Below are positions 52,066 to 64,000 of a stretch of 64,000 nt of DNA, in pieces; position 1 is the stretch's first letter, and the number at the start of each line of letters is the position of its first letter. The position numbers and the translations under genes are program-made. The notes below the pieces were generated by a model that was not told where the DNA came from, ran no database searches, and saw only the letters and a list, made by a program, of their open reading frames with translations. Origin of the DNA: Squalus acanthias. Taxonomy: Eukaryota. The stretch lies in the NCBI GenBank assembly GCA_030390025.1, contig CM059432.1:60700001-60764000 (forward strand). Reading direction: 5' to 3'.

Positions 52066-55000
52066 GGCCTAGAAATTCGAGATTGCTAAAAACCGGTGCC
52101 ACTGCGGGCCGGAGTTGACAGCCGCCAAAATTAATGGCGCTGGCAGGACCGGAATATTGACGCTGGTTGTTAATTAACATTAGCCCAGGGCCAAACTTAC
52201 CGTGCAAGGCCGTTTTCGTGGCAGTGGCCCCAGCAGGAGGCCCAAAAAAGCGTGGCCGTAGCATCATTGCAGCAAGAGCAGCCTGCTCTTAAAGCAAGTC
52301 TGTCATTTTAGAAAGCGGTCTGGCCCCTTAAAGGGAAACTGCCTTCTAAACTGAAAAAAAAGTCATTTAAAATAGTCAGTTTTTAGCCCTCAGAGCTCAA
52401 CTGCCTTCTGGAAAAAAAATTAACATTAAAAAGAATTCCCAAATGGGAGTCTTCAGCTCTTAAAGCCTAAAAAAAATGGGAAAAGTGTTTCAACACTGAC
52501 ACAAATGGCTCAGCAAGCCAAGGAAGGGTCACCCAGGGTCTCGCACGCAACACTCCAGCTTTGTGCAGGGGGTCAACACTGCAAGAGAGGTCCTCTACCC
52601 ACAGGGGCCGGAGGCCCTCCAGAAAGAACGATGTGGGACCAGATTTCCGAGGCTGTCACTGCCAGCATTGTCGCCCCCATGACCTGGCTCCAGTGCCAAA
52701 AGAAGTTTCATGATCTCAGACCAGTGGTCAAGGTCAGTGAATGCATCTTCAAAAGCCATCTCCTACCAACTGCTCCACTAACCTCACATACTTCTCAATC
52801 ACGACTCCCCTGCTCCCATCACTCACCTACCAACAATCTGTACCAAACACGAGGCACACCTCCTATTCCTAGCTTCACCTCACCCCCTTGGTGCTGGCCA
52901 TTCTTGGCAGGGGCATGGCTGAGCCCTTAGCCAGCGGCGGGGCAGAAAGGATACAAGATGCTGGTATCCTCATACGTTATCCTCCTTCTCGCATGCACCT
53001 CTTGCTTTCCTGTCCTCCCGTCACCAGAACTCCACCCTTGTGCCTTCCTCATTTCACACACCCAAGAAATGCAGCCTGCCCAGCCAATGGTTGACCAAGA
53101 AGAGGGAGAGGAAAGTGAAGAAGAAGAAATACCATCACTCAATTTGACACTCTCAGCCACCAGCTCCTCAAGGTCGACCAACAAGGCCATTTGCAGTGTC
53201 CCCCACTGAATATCAGCAGCCTTCCACCAGCCATGCAGCAGTCACTGGGGTAGCACTGCATGACATCAGTAGGATAGGCAAAGGCACACACAAAATACTC
53301 ACTAAGGGAATGCATAAGGGTGATGAGTTGATTTCTTGATGTCATATTGGATCGATAGATGTATAAAGTTGGATTGGAAAGTTTGCTTTGTGGTGGCTTT
53401 TATTTCAGCATTGTGACCAAGAGGATGCTGTGATGGTCAGTAACAGTGGGAAGGTAAGGTGTGGGACAAATGTTGAAAGGGGAATTGGGGTTGTGGTCAC
53501 TGGGACCGCAGGTGGATGATTCCATCCCACTTATCTCGACTAGAAAGGGCTGTCTGGGTTACATCCTTCCTTCCGCTTCTCCCTCTTCTGTTTCTTCTTC
53601 TTCTGCTTCCTCCTCTTCTGCTTCATAAGAGATAGGAGCAGGAATAGGCCACTTGGCCCCTCGAGCCTGCTCCGCCATTCAATAAGATCATGGCTGATCT
53701 TGGGCTCAAAGCCACTTCCCCGCCCGCTCCCCATAACCCTTCACTCCCTTATCTTGCAAAAATTTGTCTATCTCCACCTTAAATGTATTTAATGACCCAG
53801 CCTCCACAGCTCTCTGGGGCAGAGAATTCCACACATTTACGACCATCTGAGAGAAGAAATTCCTCCTCATCTCAGTTCTAAAAGGGCGAACCTTTATTCT
53901 AAAACTGTGCCTCCGCGTTCTAGATTTCCCCATGAGGGGAAACATCCTCTCTGCATCTACCTTGTCGTACCCCCTCAGTAACTTATATGTTTCAATAAGA
54001 TCACCTCTCATTCTTCTAAATTCCAATGAGTATAGGTCCAGCCTGCTCAACCTTTCCTCATAAGTCAACCCCCTCATCTCTGGAATTAACCTAGTGAATC
54101 ATCTCTGAACTGCCTCCAATGCAAGTATATCCTTCCTTAAATAAGAAGACCAAAACTGTACACAGTACTCAAGGTGTGGTCTCACCAATACCCTGTACAG
54201 TTGTAGCAGGACCACCCTGCTTTTATACTCCAACCCCCTTGCAATAAAGGCCAACATTCCATTTGCCTTTTTGATTACTTGCTGTACCTGCATGCTAACT
54301 TTTTGTGTTTCATGCACAAGGACCCCCAGATCCCTCTGATCTGTAGCATTTTGTAATCTCTCTCCATTTAAATAATAATTTCCTTTTTAATTTTTCCTCC
54401 CAAAGTGTATAACCTCGCACTTTCCCACATTATACTCCATCTGTCAAATGTTTGCCCACTCACTTAGCCTGTCTATATCCCTTTGCAGGTTCTTTGAGTC
54501 CTCTGCACAACATGCTTTCCCACCCTTCTTTGTATCATCCGCAAACTTGGCTACATTACACTCGGTCCCTTCATCCAAGTCATTAATGTAGATTGTAAAT
54601 AGTTGAGGCCCCAGCACCGATCCCTGTGGCACCCCACTAGTTACCGTCTGCCAACCGGAAAATGACCCATTTATCCCGACTCTCTGCTTTCTGTTAGTTA
54701 GCTAATTCTCTATCCATGCTGATATATTACCCCCAATTCCGTGAGCTCTTATCTTATGCAGTAACCTTTTATGTGGCACCTTATCGAATCCCTTCTGGAA
54801 ATCCAAATACACCACATCCACGGGTTCACCTTTGTCCACCCTGCTCGTTACCTCCTTAAAGAACTCCAGCAAATTTGTAAAATATGATTTCCCTTTCATA
54901 AAACCATGCTGACTCTGCTTGACTGCATTATGATTTTCCAAATGCCCTGCTACTGCTTCCTTAATGAAGGACTCCAGCATTTTCCCAACGACAGATGTTA

Positions 55001-55748
55001 GGCTAACTGGTCTATAGTTTCCTGCTTTCTGTCTCCCTCCTTTCTTAAATAGGGGTGTTACATTTGCGGTTTTCCAATCCGCTGGGACCTCTCCAGAGTC
55101 CAGGGAATTTTGGTATATTGCAACCTTCTGCTCTTCTGCATCTTCCTCTTCCCTCTGCGAGTGGATGGTGTAAATCTAAAATAAAAGCATAAAATGCTGG
55201 AAATATTCAGCAGGTCAGGCAGCATCTTGACCTGAGACATGAACTCTGTTTCTCTCTCCACAGATGCTGCCTGACCCGCTGAGTATTTCCAGCATTTTCT
55301 GTCTTCTCAGAGGCCTTCCTTTACCATCTGAGGCCTTACAAGCATCCAGCAGCACTTTCTGCACTCCCTACACACTTAAAAAACTTTTAACGTGTATTGC
55401 ACCAAGCCACTACTTCAAAAAAATACAAAAAATCCAGTCCAAAAGCTTAAATACATACTTACCTGAAAGATGTGTGTGTCCCTTTAAAAAGTGCTGACAG
55501 CATCTCTGTCAGTTTGCTGCATGCTCGCCTTTCAGACCAAACTTAGGACGCAGCGCTAAACTCAGCGCAAAGGTCAAAGTTCGCAGAGCTTGATGTTAAG
55601 TCGGCGGTGCACGCCATCAGACATCACGCTCTCCATATTTGCATCCCCAGGGCCAGCGCTGCCGCCCTCAACAAAATAGCGCCAACCAAGTCACGCGCCA
55701 AAGATTGCGGCACGAACAGGTGGCAATAAGTAGCCCAATTTCTGGGCC
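52066..55748 (+). mobile_element. Harbinger deletion derivative (Myb remnant on +) with a nested CR1
   Basis: TIRs ggcctagaaatt / aatttctgggcc (11/12), perfect 3-bp TSD TAT; ORF 52505 has MWDQISEAVTASIVAPMTWLQCQKKFHDL (Myb/SANT). Confidence 0.88.
53624..55122 (-). mobile_element. CR1 LINE, RT to 3' end, nested in the Harbinger derivative
   Basis: ORFs 54702, 54444, 54099 and 53706 carry RT motifs. Confidence 0.93.
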
Positions 55749-56779
55749 TATATTTATAAAAAGGGGAAATTCAGCGAGTCTGTGCCCCTTTGGGGAGCCT
55801 CACTCAATTGAAGCATGGGTCAGAAATAGGGCTACAACACTGTAGCACCAATTCTCTAGCCAACACTCTTATCAAGTAAGGCTCGAAGGTAAGGTTATAG
55901 GATTGCCAAATAAACACCATAGTGAATTTTATTATGATATTTATGTTTGTTGTAATGTCATATGATATTAATGCAACTATAATTAAGTTTGGTTGGAACT
56001 ATGACTTCAGTAGAATTACCAGATTAAAAACAGGAATTTGATGCCGTTCTGTGATTTGGACAATTTTTGTTGTTTGAGCTGTTGGAAGCTCACTTTTAAA
56101 CTCCCTGCTTGGGGGAAACAATATCAAGAAGGGTCTGAAGACCTAAAATCTACTAAAATCTGGGAAACCTGGCCCGAGCTATTTTAGCTTGTGGCCTCAT
56201 TGCCATGTCGCCAGCCCACACCCCCCTAGAATGGGCGGGAAACGGCTACCGAACTCTGGAAAATTGTGTGGCCCATGACTGCATGCCAGCACTCAGCTAC
56301 ATTTGAGGATGGGGGTTCCAGATGGATCCCGTGGGAGGGAAGGGGGAGGAGTCCGTGGCAGGGGTTGGCCTAAACTTTCCTTGTGGGGCCCAGAGGAGCA
56401 TTCCTACTCCTCCTGGCGCCACAAAGGTAAGTAAAGTTCTTACTTGTTTGGGCCTCTTCACCTTCCCGACAGGTCCCGATTCTCGTCACACTGGCGGGAA
56501 AGCCACTGGGACTTCCCCATTACGGCCTGATTCAAAATTGCAATCGGGGCCGATGATGTCATCGTACCCCAATCTGCATATTTAACAGAAGACCTTAGTC
56601 ACTCATCACAGCCAGCAGGATCTGGAAGTCTCGAGAGCGGGCAATTAGCCTGGGCGATTTTAACTGCCCGCCCTCCCGGTTTCTAGGTTAAAATCGATCT
56701 TTATACTATTTCTTCAAATGTAGTGCTTGCTGAGTATAATAGACTCTTTACGTTTTCTCTTGATGTATGTTTACGCAGA

Positions 56780-57000
56780 TTGGCGTAAATTTTGCAAAGT
56801 CCTGCTCGTGAAGTGGAGTCTTGCTTGACTGGACTGCAGATTGGAAAGTCGGGAGTGGATATCAGCGTGCTCAATTCACTGTACTTCTGATTTTGTGATG
56901 ATTATTTAAAATCATCAAAAAATTGAGTGCACTGTCAATCGGGCCACTGACATTTGTAGCTGAATCTGTGATCTACGATCCGATCGAGCAAGACTCTGTA
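56780..57000. mobile_element. Old palindromic MITE-like element
   Basis: Inverted arms gcaaagtcctgctcg / cgagcaagactctgt and tgctcaatt / aattgagtgca. Confidence 0.45.
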
Positions 57001-57027
57001 ACAGGAACAGAGGCTCACAAAACATAC

Positions 57028-57165
57028 CCTGTTCTGACGAAAGGTACATCAACCTGAAACGTTGACTCTATTTCTCTCTCCACAGATGCTGCCTGACCTG
57101 CTGAGTATTTCCAGCATTTTCTGTTTTTATTTCAGGTTTCCAGCATCTGCAGTATTTTGTTTTTG
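57028..57165 (+). mobile_element. Penelope-like pLTR fragment with a hammerhead core
   Basis: CTGACGA-a-AGGT-acatca-ACCT-GAAA-CGTT, followed by the same arm as at 43920-43985. Confidence 0.7.
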
Positions 57166-57523
57166 TAAGCTATTATTGAATATTTTGTATGTCATATCTC
57201 AATTTATAACTTGTAAACAAATATATTAGTTATTGCAGTATCCACCATTTCAATGTGAGTGTAATATCATAGTACAAGGCTACATTTAATCCAGTATGCA
57301 TATTACTACAAATAGGGTCATTGGCAATTCTCTGGTCTGCAATTTTGCATGGTCAGATTACTGGAAAAGTACTGCACCTGGATTGTGGGGAACTAGAGCT
57401 GCTGTGAAATGTTAAAAGAGAACCGGTTCTGTAAAATCCAAAATTGTAACTGTCCCCATTTTCTGAACTTTAGTAACACTGACATACAGTGCCTCATTCA
57501 TTGGCATAAATTGGGTATCTTGT

Positions 57524-58757
57524 AGGCTGGAATTCCACTCAGTGCACTGGTGTTACAGGTTGCACCAGGCACAGAGGGGGCAGGAAACCAGGGGTCAGAG
57601 GCCTTGCGCCTAATTTGCACTTATACACGCCGTTTTAGATCTTCTGTGGGGGTGCGGGAAGCTCATGCTAATTCACAGGGCACGCTGCATTAAACCTCCA
57701 AAAAGTATGTAAACTATGGTAGGGCTTCCTTGTCCCACAAATCCGCATCAGTTCAGCACAGAGCCAATGGAAGTGATTTTCTGCTCTTCTTAAAGCTATA
57801 TCTGCCTAGGATTGGTAAGAATGTTTTCCTTTTTTTAACTTTTTGTTTTTGTTTTATTACATTTATTTTAGAACATTGATCTTTTTGCATTTCAATTTCA
57901 TTTACAGGGGTATTTTGCACATTCATCGCTTGGTCAGTAAACTGGCAGAACAGATCGCCCCCCCTAATTATAGAACCTAGATGATTTTAATTTCCATTGA
58001 ACGGGAATGAAAGTTGAGCCAGTTTATACAATGGATGGGCGATCCGCTCTGTCAGTTTACTGAAAGTGAAAATTACCCTAACTGTTTTATTTTTTCCCTT
58101 TTTCCCTCTTAACACCTATAAGTCATAGGTGTTTCACTGTCATATGCAATGGCCCCAGCTATAGGATGCACAGACTTTAGGCATTCTTCTTGCCTCCTAG
58201 ACGCTGGAGGACAAGGAGAATTTTCAGAGGATTTCTCAGAAGAATATTTGCCTTTGCCTTTGCCTGAGGTGAGTGGCTTGAACTCACTATTGTCCATAGA
58301 TGCCACTAGAGATCCATAAGTATGTTACAAGAAACTCAAATAAAGGAGGCCATTCTTCAGGTTGGTATTGATCCCTCAAGGTGGCATCTGCTTGTAACAG
58401 CAAAAAAGAGGTTGGAAGTCAAAGAAGTACATGCATAACCTGCATGCCACCCTGGGTGTCTATAAAGGCTTTTGCAGCAAAGTAATCTAAATAACTTGAG
58501 GCTAAGGCCTTGAAAGATGTGAATTTGGCAAGGTTTGCAATTCTTCATTGCATCTTGAAGATATGTCCTCCTGAGGCATGGGTACACATGAGATGAGGCC
58601 CCTGCACAGGGGCAAAGCTGTTCTAGCATCTATGAATATTGACTCAATGAACTGAAGCAGAAATTTTGGAGCAGCCAGTATGTGCTTCATTGGCGCAGTA
58701 TGTGCTTGCCATGTAATGCAAATACCTCAATTGTACCAATAGTAGAATTTCAGGCCC
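57524..58757. mobile_element. Probable old Harbinger-type element with a nested small MITE (about 57906-58079)
   Basis: Termini aggctggaattccact / agtagaatttcaggccc; inner arms cagtaaactggcagaacagatcgccc / gggcgatccgctctgtcagtttactg. Confidence 0.5.
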
Positions 58758-59099
58758 TTTGTTACCACTTTTTGAGCTGAATAGTAAACATAGGCACTTA
58801 CCACTGCAGAACTATCCAAAATGCCATAACAATCTTGATGATCTTGTTTCAAACAAATAAAGCATTAGGCAAAAAAAAACATATACTGCGGCCATTATGT
58901 TGCTCCCATTGCCACTATTATAACTATTGTTTGAGAAAAGAAATAAAAATAAATGAACATGTAAAATTAGCATTGCAGAGAGAGGAGATACTTTTAACAA
59001 TCAATAATGCAGCAGGTTTTTCTTGTTGTGAAAATAGAAGTGTAACCAAGTCCACAGTGAATTTCATATGGAATGACATTACTGTATCTTTTTAAACAG

Positions 59100-59263
59100 G
59101 ACAGCTAAAACGGACAAGAGGAGAAGAAATTGATGTTGAAACCCCAGGATCTATCCTGGTGAACACTAACCTGCGAGCTTTAATAAACAAGCACACGTTT
59201 GCCTCTCTACCACATCATTTTCAACAACAGCTCCTGATTTTACTGCCAGAAGTAGATAGGCAG
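59100..59263 (+). CDS. ASXL3: Internal coding exon (164 nt) encoding the N-terminal part of the ASXH/DEUBAD domain
   Basis: Acceptor tctttttaaacAG (59098-59099) and donor GTgagc (59264). Translation [55 protein letters not shown] is clearly ASXL family; KHTFASLP matches ASXL3 as recalled. Confidence 0.93.
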
Positions 59264-60764
59264 GTGAGCAGAGTATAAATGACTTTGCATGTTGTGTTAG
59301 CTGCATACGTGTCGAACACTGAGTCTCATAATGCAGTGAAGCAAACTATGGCTTTATTGTTTTTGCCTGCTAACTGACAGTGGGAAATCTAACATGTAAA
59401 AAAAAATTATTACAGTTATGATGAAAGGTAACACATGAAACATTAAACGATCTTTCTCTTGCAGATGCTGATCAACATGCTATATATTTCCAACATTTTC
59501 TGTTTTTATTTTGAGTTTTTTATGCATGGAAACATTTTATATCAAGAAGCCAGTCATTACAAACAGATTATAAATTGCAACAGGAAAACTGACAAACATT
59601 AATAAAATGGCATAAACATTTAAAAAAAATGTTTTTTTTGCAAACAGAAAAGTTATACACTAGTTTCCATATTGTCATGATAGTGATGTATAAGGGTTGA
59701 TTCCACAATCCATCAGCCCCAGCGGGGAGTAACACTCAAAAGGAGTATGGGATGGAGATAGAGCTGCAACACTGCAGCCTGGTGCCCTGAACTATGAACC
59801 CATCAAAAAAGACTGCCCATTGGGTGTACAAGAGCACAGAATCACCCCTATTCTCTCAACACGGAATTTAAAGAAGGGTACATTGATAGCATAGCTATGC
59901 TTGTTGGTGCAGTAGTTTACACCCACAGGGCCAGGGCAGGCTGCTTCAGGTAAGAGTCAGGTTGTGTAATCTCATATCAAACAGAAATTACTTTATTTGG
60001 TATGCATGTAAAATTGTAGAATATAATTTTTTGTTCAGTCTTATTTTATTAAGAGGTTGTAAACATTTTCTGAAAGCACTTAAATAGGAATAATTTCTCA
60101 TCCAATTTCCTACTCGACTCTATATGGTTTTTCTTCCTCCCACCACCCCGCCCCCCTGCCCCTGTTGCAATGGGAGACTTGCAATTTTGCTCTTTTATGT
60201 TATAAAAATAAAGTGAATTCTACTACATGATAATTACCATCTGTAGCACATTACTATCATAATTGCTACAACTAAATAGGCATCCGTTCATACCTGCCTA
60301 ACAGAAAATAGTTCAGCCATAGTTCATTACTAAAATCAAAAGTCTGTATTTATTCAACAAAATCGCTAAGATTGTGTAAGACTGGATAAGAAATGTAATT
60401 TTGTTGTTATGGTAACCTGTGCATCTGATAATCAAGAGTGTCCACCCTCATTTAGATTGAGTTAATCTTGTGATTCCTTCTTGTTGTAGGAATAGATTGT
60501 GGACATAGCCCAGTGTAACAGAAAATATTCTGTTAAATAAGATACTTCAATTAATTGACTGATTAATGAGGACTAAAATATCTTCCTATTTTTAAGCATA
60601 TCTACCACCCACTTCCAATTTACCATTTTTAACATGCGAATTAATCATCTCATGATGTGGTTTATAGCATTTTCTGGCCTTATGGTACATCTAAATATTA
60701 TTTAAAAAACTAATATTAAATATATAAAATCATTTTTATTCCTATGGACGATTAAATTGTCTAC

Positions 60765-61050
60765 TTGTGCATCCTCGATTTTAATGGCTCTACCATTGGC
60801 GGCTGTGCCTTCAACTGCTGAGGCCCTAAGCTCTGGAATTCCCTGCCTAAACCTCTCCGCCTCTCTACCTCTCTCTCCTCCTTTAAGTCGCTCCTTAAAA
60901 CCTACCTCTTTGACCAAGCTTTTGGTCACCTGCCCTATTATCTCCTTATGTGGCTCGGTGTCAAATTTTGTTTGATAATCGCTCTTGTGAAGCGCCTTGG
61001 GACGTTTTACTACGTTAAAAGTGCTATAAAATGAAAGTTGTTGTTGTGTT
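60765..61050 (+). mobile_element. L2 LINE 3' end
   Basis: LWNSLPKPL...LLKTYLF-type ORF2 end and (gtt)n tail. Confidence 0.8.
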
Positions 61051-61121
61051 GAGCGTGAGATTTCCCAGTATCAGCTTTATTGCATATCCAAGCATATTTC
61101 TGTGCCAACAACAGTGAGCCC

Positions 61122-61300
61122 TGCAGCAACATGACCATACATGTGCAGCAACATGACCATACATGTGCAGCAACATGACCATACATGTGCAGCAACATGA
61201 TCATACATGTGCAGCAACATGACCATACATGTGCAGCAACATGACCATACATGTGCAGCAACATGACCATACATGTGCAGCAACATGACCATACATGTGC
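61122..61300. repeat. Minisatellite, 22-bp unit tgcagcaacatgaccatacatg, about 8 copies
   Basis: Direct head-to-tail repeats with one c>t variant and no spacers. Confidence 0.95.
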
Positions 61301-62190
61301 ATGCGGCAACCAACTAAAAGGCTGCCTGAGTGCTTTACCTTCTGCCTTGGAGAAGTAGCACCCAGGTGAGAGTGTACTCTTGTTGGCATTCATTGTAAGA
61401 CCACATACTAAACGTAGGCAAAGTGTGGGTACTCTTACCTTACCAATCTTCTTGAATCCAGAAAATGTCTTACATATCTGTTCTCATGGATTTGGGAGAC
61501 TTCATTGATTCACTCTACTACATCCATCCAGGCATTTTCAACTAGGTCCCTGATTGGAGGTTACCCCTCAGCTCTATAAAGGACAACCTTGCTTTGTAGT
61601 ATTTATTGTATTTATTGGAACAACATCTCCAGATCTACATCCTCAAAAGAAACGGTCCTGCTATTCTTCCTCTTTGCTGCTATACTAAAATGCCATCAAG
61701 GAAATGTGAAATTTTCAATGCTCAGTTCAATATTGCTGACTCCCTAAATGTCCCACCCTGTGACCCCAAGATACCAGCTGTTGTGGGTGGATGGAAATTA
61801 TTAAAATGAGCGGCCCAACAAGCCCATCACTTTTGGATAGGTCAACTCTACCTATATATTCTGCTCAATATATTCCTCAATCCTTTCTCTTTACAGAAAT
61901 GTATCTTAAGATTTCTTCATATTCTGCATTAAGAGAACAGCAGTAATCAAGCAGAGACCTAAAATCTGTGACTCACTCCTCATTTTTCTTTTCCCTGGAC
62001 CAATAAGTTGGAGGTTTATGTTTTGCACTGCCTTTAATGGCAGCTTTCAGGAGTCATAAAAATTTAAGACCTGAAGTCGTCGAAGGTGCAAGGTTCACTC
62101 ACTTATATTGTTGGGAGTAAGGCAAAGGCCTCCGACACCAAAATATCTGCAAGACCAACATGTTTGTCTTTTGACCTATTTATACTCCTT

Positions 62191-62936
62191 GGCCCAGAAA
62201 TTCCGTTCGCAGCCCTCTGGGCTGCGATTCGGAAAAATCTCCGCTTGGACCGGAGGGCTCCTGGGATGCGCACACTTCCGTTGCTAAGCCTCTTCAATCT
62301 GCCGGTGTGCAGGGCACGCGTATCCCAGGGGCGTAGCTAGTTCGCAGCATCCCTGGGATCACGTGGGCCATGGGGAGCCAATCAGAGCAGGGAATCTCCA
62401 TTCATAGATTTGACAGGAAGACCTGTCAAATCTATGAATAGAGATCAGCCCCAAAACATAAGTAAAACTTCAAATAATTTTTTTTTTAATCACATTTTTA
62501 AAATGACTATAAATTACATAAATTAACTATTTTAAACAAAAATTAAAATTTTTGAAAAAAATAATTAAAGTTTTTAACGAGGCTAAAAATAAACTTACCT
62601 TTCTTTAAAGTATTTTAAAATGTAAATCAGTGGAAACATTTTTTTTTTACTTTTTTGAACTATTAGCCTGCTAAAAGCAGGCCTTGCGCCTGCTTTTCTA
62701 GGCGCAGCTGTTCCCGACTTACCTGGACTCAAGCCAGTGTGGGAAAAAACGGAAGTTTCTAACGTACGCGCTGCCTATCCGGCGCAGGCGTTTGTCCAGT
62801 CAAGCCCTTTCTGCAGAGAACGGAAGTGCTGGTTTCCAGCGCATGCGCAGTTGCATGCGTAAAACCGGCACTTCCGTTGGCCCTACAGGTGAGTACACAG
62901 CGCGTACACACCCGTAGGGAACGGAATTTCTAGGCC
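62191..62936. mobile_element. Harbinger-type MITE with an internal perfect hairpin
   Basis: TIRs ggcccagaaattccgttcgc / gggaacggaatttctaggcc (18/20); CpG-rich ends and AT-rich core; no TSD evident. Confidence 0.75.
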
Positions 62937-64000
62937 AATGGTTTCAATGGCCTTCCCTGGTAGCTTGTTCCACAACTCTAATATTAATAGTAGTAGTGTC
63001 CTTCAATCTTGTATGACGAGCGCAAACAGCAGTTGTCCAAAAACAAACCCTGCATCCCAGAGCTTTTTCTTCATTTGTCATTATCTTCTGCTTTCTATTG
63101 CCAAGTCAGAATTTAGTCCCGCTGATTTTCTTCCCCCAGAAATCACAAACCTTTGCACAGTTGGTCAATTGACCTGTTAGACAAGAGAATTAAATTGTAA
63201 GCCTCCTGTGCACAAGTTCAGTACCTGTTATGAAGGTATTTTTTGACAGCAGTATCAAACAACAGCTATCAAAACAGTCATCCAGAGGCACAGAGCCCAG
63301 CTTTACATTGCCTTTCATCACTGAATAAAATATTTACCACTGTGGCATACTGCTTAGCATCAATATAAATAGCAAAAATAAAATCTTTTATAGATCTGCA
63401 GTACCATCTGATCTAGTTATCTGATTTTTACCTTTTGGTGTGAACTATTCCTTTACTGCTCTGAATGTATTCCCTTGTTATCAAGATGAACCAACATGGT
63501 TCAAATTTATTTCACCTTTCTTCATATATTTCTTTATTTGCAGCAATAGTGGTTATTTTACTCAATGGACTAGTGATTTCAATATGTAGTTTCTTACGCT
63601 CGTAGTCATAATATTCTGCTCAGGTTGTCTCTCCTCAGTCTCCCGTTCTGGAATGTCAGGAAGCCATTGTGGGCTGCATGTAGGCCCCACTAAAAAGAAT
63701 TTAAACAACAATTGATTGCCGTTCAAATAATGGCCCACATTTAGGGAGTGGCTTTCAAATGAAGGCTGAGGCACCAAGGGCTTCGGTCAGAGGGGCCTCT
63801 TTCAATCCTGTCGGAGAGGCAAGGAGCTGCTCTGAAGTCCAGATAGGTAGGTAGGGTGGGCATCCCTGCAGCACTGCTACCTCATATTTAAATGACCTTG
63901 TCCCCAGATTTGGAATGGGGTCATGGTAGTGAAAAGTGGTGACCAAACGTTCTGCCCCTCTGCACTTCCAATGGTACAATAGTGCCACTAGAATTTCTGG

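Noticed and set aside
61122..61300. Possible CRISPR array or Cys/His-rich protein (ORFs 61010, 61077, 61201)
   Set aside because: Head-to-tail repeats with no spacers, in a eukaryotic context; the ORFs are translations of the minisatellite.
59264..64000. Next ASXL3 exon (SALNNEFF motif)
   Set aside because: No matching sequence with splice sites was recognised; it is presumably beyond the window.

Overview
Vertebrate nuclear DNA, almost certainly from a shark or other cartilaginous fish (judged from the HE1-like V-SINE, SacSINE1-like DeuSINEs and abundant CR1 LINEs). The window lies inside an Additional-sex-combs-like gene, best matching ASXL3, on the + strand. Two phase-compatible coding exons are visible: 11333-11461 and the DEUBAD-domain exon at 59100-59263, separated by an intron of about 47.6 kb. 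Nearly all other ORFs are transposon-derived or spurious. The rest is dense, nested mobile DNA: many CR1 LINE copies, a second CR1/L2-group LINE family, tRNA-derived SINEs, L2 remnants, one decayed two-gene PIF/Harbinger transposon, many Harbinger-derived MITEs with related termini, and short Penelope-like inserts carrying minimal hammerhead-ribozyme cores. The most notable observations are the hammerhead-bearing inserts with a shared inversion breakpoint and long TSDs, a MITE hairpin that sequesters a consensus 5' splice site on both strands, a SINE-headed LINE, a CR1 subfamily with a doubled 3' module, and two sister Harbinger derivatives carrying the same captured passenger. No prokaryotic-type system (CRISPR, operon) is present. 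Family names come from recall, not from database searches.
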